A DNA stretch of 27,049 nt from Planctomycetota bacterium (lineage in GTDB: Bacteria; Planctomycetota; SZUA-567): the NCBI GenBank assembly GCA_020860865.1, contig JAJBTL010000284.1, positions 1 to 27,049 on the forward strand, written 5' to 3'. The translations under genes and the position numbers were made by a program. The notes below the pieces were generated by a model. The model searched no databases, had not been told where the DNA came from, and saw only the letters and a program-made list of their open reading frames with translations. The stretch's first letter is position 1. Every line of letters starts with the position of its first letter. This document shows, piece by piece, positions 16,921 through 24,366 of this stretch.

Positions 16921-17694
16921 TTATTCCCGCATACTGACGCCCATTGCCCGGAGCTCCTGTTTCATGTCCCGGGGCGAGCGGCCGTCGATGTGCGCCATGG
17001 ACGCGATAAGGGCCGCGTCGGCGCGTCCAACCGTGAGCGCGTCTCGGAGGTGTTCAATTTGTCCGGCCCCGCCCGACGCCACCACCGGCACCGGCACCGC
17101 CTCCGCCACCCGCCGGGTGATAGGGAGATCGTATCCGTCGCGGGCGCCGTCGGCGTCGATGGAATTGAGGCAGATTTCTCCGGCGCCGAGATCCACCGCC
17201 CGTTTGGCCCAGTCGATGACGTCCAGGCCGGTCGGCGTGCGGCCGCCGTGGATGACCACCTCGCAGCCACTGGGGAACCGGGCGTCGCCCGGCCGCTGCT
17301 TCGAATCAAGCCCGAGAACGATGCACTGGTTCCCGAACTCCCTGGCGCCGTCCCGGATGATGTCCGGGTTTTTCACCGCCAGACTGTTTAACGACACCTT
17401 GTCCGCCCCGGCCAGCAAGGCCGACCGCATATCGGCGATGGAGCCGAGGCCACCGCCGACGGTGAACGGGATGAATATTTCCGCCGCCACCTTCCGGACG
17501 ACGTCGATGTCGATGGGGCGTCCTTCGGCCGAAGCGGTGATGTCGTAAAACACCATCTCGTCGACGCCTTCCTCGTAATACTTCCGCGCCAGCCCCACCG
17601 GATCGCCAATGTCCCGGTTGCCGACGAATTTCACCCCTTTCGTGACCATGCCGTCCCGGATGTCCAGGCAGATAATGAGCCGTTTCATCAGCAT
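16921..17694 (-). CDS. hisF: imidazole glycerol phosphate synthase cyclase subunit
   Basis: [46 protein letters not shown]. Overlaps the hisH stop; the alternative start is 17688. Confidence 0.96.
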   Translation of the reverse strand: MLMKRLIICLDIRDGMVTKGVKFVGNRDIGDPVGLARKYYEEGVDEMVFYDITASAEGRPIDIDVVRKVAAEIFIPFTVGGGLGSIADMRSALLAGADKVSLNSLAVKNPDIIRDGAREFGNQCIVLGLDSKQRPGDARFPSGCEVVIHGGRTPTGLDVIDWAKRAVDLGAGEICLNSIDADGARDGYDLPITRRVAEAVPVPVVASGGAGQIEHLRDALTVGRADAALIASMAHIDGRSPRDMKQELRAMGVSMRE

Positions 17695-18359
17695 GATGCA
17701 CCGTCCCAGCCGAGGAATCTCGCCAGAATGTCCAGCCCCGCCGGACCGCTCTTTTCCGGATGGAACTGCGTCGCGAACAGGGAACCGCGTCCGGCGATGG
17801 CGGTGAAGTTTCCGCCCGCGTATTCGGCGTAGCCGTAGACGACGCCGGCGTCCCGCCCGGGTGCGGCGGCGCCGTGGCGGACAGCCGCGTCGTCCCAGGC
17901 CGGTTCGACATAATAGGAATGGACAAAATAGAAATCCGCTCCGTCGACAGTGTCGGCCAGGAGCGGGTGTTTCCGGGGGAACGTCACCCGGTTCCAGCCC
18001 ATGTGCGGCACTTTTTCGGACGGGTCGGTCGGCTCGAACTTTCGCACCGTGCCGGGGAGGAGCTGGACCGCATCGACGCCGCCGTCCTCTTCCGACCGGT
18101 CGAAGACGAGTTGCATGCCGATACAGATGGCGAGGACCGGTTTTCCCGCCGCCACCGCCTCGTGGAGGACGGTGTCAAAGCCCCGCGCCCGCAGGTTCCG
18201 CATGCACTGGCCGGCACTGCCGACGCCGGGGAAGACTATCCGGTCCGCCCGCCGCGCCGCTTCCGCGTCCCGGACAAATTCCGGTGCGCCGCCGACGTGC
18301 CGGATGGCGAGTCGGACGCTTTCTATGTTACCGGCGTCGTAATCGAGAATCGCGAGCAT
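17688..18359 (-). CDS. hisH: imidazole glycerol phosphate synthase glutaminase subunit
   Basis: [21 protein letters not shown] (catalytic Cys), VPHMGWN, YFVHSY, QFHPEKS. Confidence 0.96.
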   Translation of the reverse strand: MLAILDYDAGNIESVRLAIRHVGGAPEFVRDAEAARRADRIVFPGVGSAGQCMRNLRARGFDTVLHEAVAAGKPVLAICIGMQLVFDRSEEDGGVDAVQLLPGTVRKFEPTDPSEKVPHMGWNRVTFPRKHPLLADTVDGADFYFVHSYYVEPAWDDAAVRHGAAAPGRDAGVVYGYAEYAGGNFTAIAGRGSLFATQFHPEKSGPAGLDILARFLGWDGASC

Positions 18360-18424
18360 TGGGTACAGGTTCCGTTTGAGATCGATACTTCTGTAAAAAA
18401 GAATGAGAGTGAGTCCGCGCCCGC

Positions 18425-19873
18425 CTACGCCTCCGGCGGTCCGAGCATCTCGTCAAGAAGCTGTCCAACCGCCTTCGGATCGCCCTTCTTGTTAAGCGCT
18501 TTCATGACCTTGCCGAAAATGGCGTTCCGCACCGCCACCTTGCCGGCCTTGTACTCGTCCACCATCTTTTTCGCCTCGACAAGCACGGTGGCGATGGCTT
18601 CGCGGACAGCGTCGTCGTTCTGTTCGATAATGAGGTCTTCGGCTTTGGCGACCGCTTCCGGATCGCCGCCGTTCTTGTACAAGATGTCCAAAACCCGGCG
18701 GAAACCGTCGGCATTGATTTTCCCGCCCTCATGGAGGAGAACGGCGCCACGGAACGCCTCCGGCGTCAGCTTGGCCTCGTCCAGCGGGATGTTTGTCGAG
18801 TTGACGAGGGAAAAGACATCCTTGACGAGGCGCTTCGCCATGAGGACGGTCTTGTCCTGTTTGTCTCCGACAGCCACCCGGAGAAAGCCGAGGGCGTCGT
18901 TCCGGGACAGGGCCTCGATGTCCACGTCCGGCAGGCCCTTCTCGGACAGTTGGGCGATATACTGTTCGTAGGTCGCGGGCATGGTGTCGCGTTCGCCTTG
19001 CACCCATTCCGGGCTGATCCGCGCGGACGGCAGATCCGGCTCCGGGAAATAGCGGTAGTCATGGGCGTTTTCCTTGGACCGCTGCGGGAACGTCTTCTGG
19101 TTGACGTCGTCCCAGCCCATGGTCTGCTGGATAATCTTTCCGCCGGATTCGAGCACTTCCGCATGGCGCACCACTTCGTACTCGATGGCGGAGCGCATGT
19201 GGTTGAAGCCGGCCTGGTTCTTGATTTCGGTGCGGGTGCCGAGTTCCGTCGACCCGACCGGGGCGATGGAGACATTGGCCTCGACGCGCATTTCGCCGCG
19301 TTGCAGGCGGCAACGGGAAATCCCGTTGTAGACGAGGATGGCCCGGAGCTTCCGGACATACTCCTCCGCCTCCCGGCCGGAATGGAGCACCGGCTCGGTG
19401 ACGATTTCCATCAAGGGCGTCGAACAGCGGTTGACGTCGATGAGGGTGGCGCCGTCCACGTGAGTCAACTTGGACGTGTCCTCTTCCAGATGGAGTCGAC
19501 GGATGACGACCTTCTTTTCATTGCCGTCGTCGCCGGTGATGGTGAGGTGGCCCCATTCGCCAAGCGGCTGGACGTACTGGGAAATCTGGTAGCCCTTGAC
19601 GAGATCCGGATAGATATAGTTCTTCCGCTCGAACCAGATGGTTTCGTTGATCTGGCAGTTCAACGCCAAGGCCGCCCGTATGCCGAGGCGGACCGCTTCC
19701 TTGTTGATAACGGGAAGCGCGCCCGGCAGGCCGAGGCAGACCGGACAGGTGGCGTGGTTGGGCGGAACGTCCTGTGGCGCGTTCAGGCACGAGCAGAACA
19801 TCTTGGTCCGGGTCATGAGTTCGACGTGCACCTCGACGCCGACGGTGGTGACGTATTGTGTCGCGGCGGTCAT
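18425..19873 (-). CDS. gatB: Asp-tRNA(Asn)/Glu-tRNA(Gln) amidotransferase subunit B
   Basis: GVEVHVEL, TKMFC, CPVCLGLPGALP, RKNY.YPDL, HLEED, LMEIVTEP, DYRYFPEPDLP, and a C-terminal YqeY-like domain. Confidence 0.96.
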   Translation of the reverse strand: MTAATQYVTTVGVEVHVELMTRTKMFCSCLNAPQDVPPNHATCPVCLGLPGALPVINKEAVRLGIRAALALNCQINETIWFERKNYIYPDLVKGYQISQYVQPLGEWGHLTITGDDGNEKKVVIRRLHLEEDTSKLTHVDGATLIDVNRCSTPLMEIVTEPVLHSGREAEEYVRKLRAILVYNGISRCRLQRGEMRVEANVSIAPVGSTELGTRTEIKNQAGFNHMRSAIEYEVVRHAEVLESGGKIIQQTMGWDDVNQKTFPQRSKENAHDYRYFPEPDLPSARISPEWVQGERDTMPATYEQYIAQLSEKGLPDVDIEALSRNDALGFLRVAVGDKQDKTVLMAKRLVKDVFSLVNSTNIPLDEAKLTPEAFRGAVLLHEGGKINADGFRRVLDILYKNGGDPEAVAKAEDLIIEQNDDAVREAIATVLVEAKKMVDEYKAGKVAVRNAIFGKVMKALNKKGDPKAVGQLLDEMLGPPEA

Positions 19874-21348
19874 TGTGCGGCCTCCGGTTCGGGTTTGGTC
19901 CAGGGTGCGTCGGGCAGGCGGGAATTCTGTTCCGCCACCCGGGCCAGGCGGTAAAGGATATTTTCACGGAACGGCGCCGCCATGGCCTGGGCGCCGACAG
20001 GCAGACCGCCAAGCACCCCGACCGGGAACGACAACGCCGGCAGGCTGGTGAGGTTGGCGGGCAGGGTAAAAATGTCCCCGAGGTAATTTTCAAGAACGCT
20101 CGTCTCGGCGCCGATTGCCCGGGGCGGCGTCGGCGCCACCGGCATGATGATGGCGTCGATGTCCTGGAAGAGCGCGGTCAGTTCCTTCGTGAACAACCGC
20201 CGCACCCGCGCCGCCTTGAGGTAATAAGCGTCGTAATAACCGGCGGACAACGCATACGACCCCATCATGATGCGGCGCTTCACTTCGTCGCCGAAGCCCT
20301 TCCCCCGCGTCTCGCCGTAGACCTGCCAGACATCGCCGTCCCCTTGGCGTTTTCCGTAGCGGACGCCGTCGTACCGGGCCATGTTGGCGGACGCTTCGCA
20401 GGAACAGATGATGTAATAGGCGGCGACGCCGTAATCAATCAGCGGAATCGTCACCTCGCGGATCTCGGCGCCGTTCTCCCGCATGATGTCGACAGCGCGG
20501 CGGAGCGCTCCCGCCACCACCGGCGACACCCCTTCCTTGTCGAGAAGGCTCGGGTCGTAACCGAAGCGGAGGCCCTTGACGCCGTCGTCAATACCGGCCA
20601 TGCAGGCATCGGCAACGTCGGCCTGTTTTGCCGACGTGGAGTCCATCGGGTCGTGGCCGGAAATAATGTCCATAAGGAGGGCGTTGTCCCGGCCCGTCCT
20701 GGTGAGCGGTCCGATTTGATCCAGACTCGACGCCAAACTGCCCAGCCCGTAGCGGCTGACCCGGCCATAGGTCGGCTTCATGCCGACGAGGCCGCAGAAC
20801 GAGGCCGGCTGGCGGATGGACCCGCCGGTGTCGGAGGCAAGGGCCGCGAGTGCGCCTCCGTAGGCGACGACGGCGGCGCTGCCACTGGACGAGCCGCCGG
20901 TGACCCGGGCCGGATTCCACGGGTTTTTCGTCGCGCCGTAGGCCGAGTTCTCGCCGGTGGCGCCCATGGCGAATTCGTCCATGTTGGTTTTCGCATGGAC
21001 GACGGCGCCGGCGGCCTGGATTTTTGACACGACGGTGGCGTCGTAGGGCGGAATAAAGTTCTCGAGGATGCGGCTGCCGCAGGTGGAACGGAGGCCGCGC
21101 GTCATGATGTTGTCCTTGACGGCAAGCGGGACGCCGAAGAGGGCTTGGTCGGCGGCGGCCTCGTTTTTCCCGGCGGCGGCGCGGCGGGCGGCTGAGTCGT
21201 CCCTGGTGAGGACGGCGTTGATGACCGGTTCGAACCGGTCCATCCGCTGAATGGACGCCTCCACCAGTTCAATCGGTCCGAAAGCGCCCTGGCGCACGCC
21301 GGCGACGGCGTCTTCGAGGGTTAATTGGGCAAATTCATCTGCATTCAT
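19870..21348 (-). CDS. gatA: Asp-tRNA(Asn)/Glu-tRNA(Gln) amidotransferase subunit A
   Basis: AVKDNI, KTNMDEFAMG, GGSSSGSAA, SDTGGSIRQPASFCG, YDGVRYG, EVKRRIMMG, AGYYDAYY. ATGA overlap with gatB. Confidence 0.97.
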   Translation of the reverse strand: MNADEFAQLTLEDAVAGVRQGAFGPIELVEASIQRMDRFEPVINAVLTRDDSAARRAAAGKNEAAADQALFGVPLAVKDNIMTRGLRSTCGSRILENFIPPYDATVVSKIQAAGAVVHAKTNMDEFAMGATGENSAYGATKNPWNPARVTGGSSSGSAAVVAYGGALAALASDTGGSIRQPASFCGLVGMKPTYGRVSRYGLGSLASSLDQIGPLTRTGRDNALLMDIISGHDPMDSTSAKQADVADACMAGIDDGVKGLRFGYDPSLLDKEGVSPVVAGALRRAVDIMRENGAEIREVTIPLIDYGVAAYYIICSCEASANMARYDGVRYGKRQGDGDVWQVYGETRGKGFGDEVKRRIMMGSYALSAGYYDAYYLKAARVRRLFTKELTALFQDIDAIIMPVAPTPPRAIGAETSVLENYLGDIFTLPANLTSLPALSFPVGVLGGLPVGAQAMAAPFRENILYRLARVAEQNSRLPDAPWTKPEPEAAQ

Positions 21349-21432
21349 GACTCGTCCCTGTCTGGCATGGGATGAAAGATTGTCGTAAGCGGCACCGGTG
21401 CGAAAACGTCCGGTCCGTGGCGCCGTCCCCGG

Positions 21433-21729
21433 TCAGGAGAAGATCGGTTTGGTGACAAACATCTCGACCTGACTATCGAACGCCCCGCCGGACATGGATT
21501 CAAGATTTTTCACCGGCAGGGACTCGCCGGGCACGTCTTCCCGGAGTTCGGCATAGCCGCCGATGCCGACCTCCATCGGGTCGACGCCGGAGACATCGAC
21601 TTCGTCCAGGAGCCGGACATAGTCCAACACCGACGACATGTCCTCGGCCAAACGGGCCGCGTCTTCCGGGGATATGGTGATGCGGAGCATGTCCGCGAGG
21701 GCCTGCGTTTCTTTGGCGTCAATAAGCAT
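21433..21729 (-). CDS. gatC: Asp-tRNA(Asn)/Glu-tRNA(Gln) amidotransferase subunit C
   Basis: 98 aa with VLDYV..L.EVDVSGV.P and LRED, directly upstream of gatA. RBS AAGGA. Confidence 0.9.
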   Translation of the reverse strand: MLIDAKETQALADMLRITISPEDAARLAEDMSSVLDYVRLLDEVDVSGVDPMEVGIGGYAELREDVPGESLPVKNLESMSGGAFDSQVEMFVTKPIFS

Positions 21730-21966
21730 CGGGAACGTCCTTTTCGCGTTATATAAGTGCCAGACCGCTTCTCCGTAACCTGCTATTCCTGGTCCGACTT
21801 CGCTGTAAGAGGAACAATTTTACCCGGACGGCCCGTCTCTTTCCATCAAAAATCCAACCGCGACCGGAATCTCGCAAAATCATCTGAAAGAACCGGCACC
21901 GGTCGGGGTAAGTGATGGGTGAAGAACCTGCCCGGGAAACGCCACCGGGACAAAAGGGAAAAAGCC

Positions 21967-22494
21967 ATGTCAGCACGATCGCGAAGACTGCCAAGCCGCA
22001 CCGTCCCCGACGCCGATGCCGGGGAGGTCAAGGCCTGCGTCCAGCCGGAAACCGTCGCCAAACGCGACCGGATAAGCCGCCAGGAAGCCAGGCTTATTGT
22101 GCTTGTCCTGTCCCTCCTCATCGTCTGGGTGCTGTCCGTCATGACGGCGGCGGCGGGCGAGGAAGGTCTGATGGCGTTACGCGGTCTCGGCGGCGGCATC
22201 GGCGCCAACCGGTTCACCCCGGCGCCAGAAGAAGTACCGGGGCCGACCCGCGCCTTCCGCGTTGCCAGTATCAATGATGCCAGTTATTCTCCGGTACCGT
22301 CCCCGGTCGTCACGACGGGAATGAAACCGGTTCAGTGGAAAAACGGCTGCGCCCGGACCAGAATCATGGTCGGCGGCGTCCCCCTGGAGCTGAACGGCTC
22401 CGACAGCTTTGGCCTGACCCCGCCGTTTGTAAGAACGGCCGAAACGGGCCAAAGTGATTTCCTTCGTCTGCTTTTGGCGGAGTTGTCCGGATAA
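21967..22494 (+). CDS. hypothetical protein with one transmembrane/signal-anchor helix, ~175 aa
   Basis: ATG 21967 behind AAGGGA, hydrophobic stretch LIVLVLSLLIVWVLSVMTAAAG, divergent from gatC, followed by the hairpin GGAGCC-ATACC-GGCTCC. No family recognised. Confidence 0.45.
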   Translation: MSARSRRLPSRTVPDADAGEVKACVQPETVAKRDRISRQEARLIVLVLSLLIVWVLSVMTAAAGEEGLMALRGLGGGIGANRFTPAPEEVPGPTRAFRVASINDASYSPVPSPVVTTGMKPVQWKNGCARTRIMVGGVPLELNGSDSFGLTPPFVRTAETGQSDFLRLLLAELSG

Positions 22495-22712
22495 CGGCGC
22501 TCCGGAGCCATACCGGCTCCAGGCCGCGAGCGTCGGCACTTCCCGCATCCGGGTCAGTTCCGCCGATACCCGGGAGACACGGTTTCGGTTTGGCCACCGG
22601 CCGCGTCCGCCCGACAACGGTTCCACTCCTTTTCGCGAAGGGAAGGGAACCGGCTAAAACCGTCAACCCGAACCCAGCGAGCACAGCCAAACGGTGGCGC
22701 CGGGGCCGGAAT

Positions 22713-22740
22713 GGGAAATGACTGCATCATTTCCCCTTTT
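22713..22740 (+). terminator. intrinsic terminator-like hairpin
   Basis: GGGAAATGA-CTGCA-TCATTTCCC (perfect 9-bp stem) followed by CTTTT. Confidence 0.5.
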
Positions 22741-22895
22741 GCGCCCCGCCGCCGTGTCGACGCCGACGGCAGCGCCTTCTGGGTTCGAGATGACGGTTTT
22801 TTTTACCCTGACGTTCGGCGCCGGGTGGATATTTCCGACTGACCCTGAAGACGGGGAAATCGGCCAAAAACTTCCACCAGTCCCGCCGTCCGTTC

Positions 22896-22904
22896 TGATA
22901 TACT
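22896..22904 (+). promoter_or_regulatory. extended -10 promoter candidate for the epimerase
   Basis: TG-a-TATACT, about 75 nt upstream of ATG 22979. No recognisable -35. Confidence 0.45.
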
Positions 22905-22978
22905 GTACTCGACCATTAACCGCGCCGGACCACCGCGTCCGGAAACGTGGTGGGGGAGGGATGCACAGGGAGAACCGA

Positions 22979-23979
22979 ATGAAACGAAAAGCGCTCATCA
23001 TCGGCGGCACCGGCACCATCAGCCTCGCCACCGCCCGGCTCCTGGCCGAACGGGACGAATGGGATCTCTACATTCTCAATCGCGGCAGCCGGGTCGAGGT
23101 GCTGCCGGAAGGCGTCCCGCTCCTCCAAGCTGACATCGCGGACGAGGACCGCGTCCAGGATCTCCTCGGCCCGCACCATTTCGACGTCGTCGTCGATTTC
23201 ATCACCTACAAGCCGGACCAGGCCGAACGCGCCGTCCGCCTGTTCTCCGGCCGCTGTTACCAGTACATCTTCGTGTCCAGTTGCGCCACCTACGAAAAAC
23301 CGGTCAAGCACCTGCCGATCCGTGAAGACACGCCGCAGAAAAACCCATTCTGGCAATACGCCCGCGATAAAATCGATTGCGAAAACGTCTTCCTGGACGC
23401 CTACCGCCGGGACGAACTGCCCCTCACCATCGTCCGCCCGAGCCACACCTATGACAACCGGAACATCCCGGTCGCCGTCCGTGGCGCCAACAGGTCGTGG
23501 CAGGTCGTCTGCCGGGCCAGGCAGCAAAACCGGTCATCATCCACGGCGACGGCAACACCTTCTGGACCCTGCCCCACGCCGCCGATTTCGCCGTCGGCAT
23601 GGCCGGCCTCATGGGGAACCCGGGCGCCCTCGGCGAAGCGGTCAACCTCGTCTCCGACGATGTCATGACCTGGAACGAAATCCACCAGCACCTCGGCCGC
23701 GCCCTCGGCCTCGAACTGTGCACCGTCCATATCGCTTCGGGCACGCTGGCCAGGCACAACGAGGAATTGTACGGTTCCCTCCTTGGCGACAAGGCTCACA
23801 ACCTCTATTTCGACAACTCGAAACTGCGTCGCCTGGTGCCCGAGTTCCAGACCCGCATCCGCTTCGCCCACGCGGTCCGGGACATAATCCGAACAATGGA
23901 CGCCGACCCGACGCTCCAGCGCGAAGATCCCGAGTTCGACGCCTGGTGCGACGCCATGTGCGACCGTTACGCGACATAA
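22979..23979 (+). CDS. NAD-dependent epimerase/dehydratase (extended/atypical SDR); -1 frameshift at ~23512-23527 (~333 aa repaired)
   Basis: LIIGGTGTIS, YILNRG, YIFVSS, YARDK, IVRPSHTY. The second frame carries KPVIIHGDG..WT, LMGNP.ALGEAV, GDKAH..YFDNSK. RBS GGGAG. Confidence 0.88.
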
Positions 23980-23994
23980 TTCCGGTGTGTATTG

Positions 23995-24026
23995 AAACCC
24001 GCAAAGCGCCGTGCCTTGCGGGTTTT
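23995..24026 (+). terminator. probably bidirectional intrinsic terminator
   Basis: AAACCCGCAA-11 nt-TTGCGGGTTTT, 15 bp after the epimerase stop. Confidence 0.7.
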
Positions 24027-24041
24027 ACATAAAATCCTGGC

Positions 24042-24071
24042 CTTATAGTCCGGCATATACGTGAATGTCAA
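24042..24071 (-). promoter_or_regulatory. leftward sigma70-type promoter candidate with no downstream gene
   Basis: Minus strand TTGACA (24071-24066), 18 bp, TATAAG (24047-24042). Confidence 0.45.
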
Positions 24072-24103
24072 CCTCATGAAGTCGGAAACGGTGTACTTTT
24101 TTC

Positions 24104-24132
24104 TTGATTCCGGTTAAAAACTGTAGTACTAT
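24104..24132 (+). promoter_or_regulatory. rightward sigma70-type promoter candidate upstream of the inverted-repeat segment
   Basis: TTGATT (24104-24109), 17 bp, TACTAT (24127-24132). Confidence 0.55.
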
Positions 24133-24176
24133 ACGTAAAGTGCCGATGTAGTAAGTAGATTGCGTCAAGAATAGGG

Positions 24177-24343
24177 GCAACATAAGCCCTATTATACTCA
24201 CATGCTGTTAATCGTAGTCATGCCTTGGGGTTAACCAACCACACGATTGGTCACGCACCCCCCCTCCTCCGCTCTCGACTGATCTCGAACGGTCCTCCAG
24301 TCTCGGCCAACGCAACATGCTCTGATAATAGGGCTTATGATGC
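24177..24343. repeat. 19-bp inverted repeats flanking 129 bp; candidate invertible DNA switch
   Basis: Left GCAACATAAGCCCTATTAT (24177-24195). Right ATAATAGGGCTTATGATGC (24325-24343), whose reverse complement is GCATCATAAGCCCTATTAT. 18/19 identical, with a 15-bp perfect core. Confidence 0.8.
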
Positions 24344-24366
24344 GTTTGGAAGAAATGGAGAAGAGA

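Noticed and set aside
22618-22680. Cobalamin riboswitch
   Set aside because: GGTTCC...AGGGAACCGG resembles the 5' part, but the GGTGxAAxTCC and CCCGCAACTGT core elements are missing.
24022-24052. dif-like (XerC/D) site
   Set aside because: The minus strand has a XerD-like arm TTATGTAAAAC, but no XerC-like arm at the canonical 6-bp spacing; the nearest ATAA-ending arm is 10 bp away.
24249-24258. GGTCACGCAC, matching the start of the Vc2 c-di-GMP-I riboswitch as I recall it
   Set aside because: The GGCAAAC, GAAA tetraloop and ACGCAAAG elements do not follow; a chance 10-mer.
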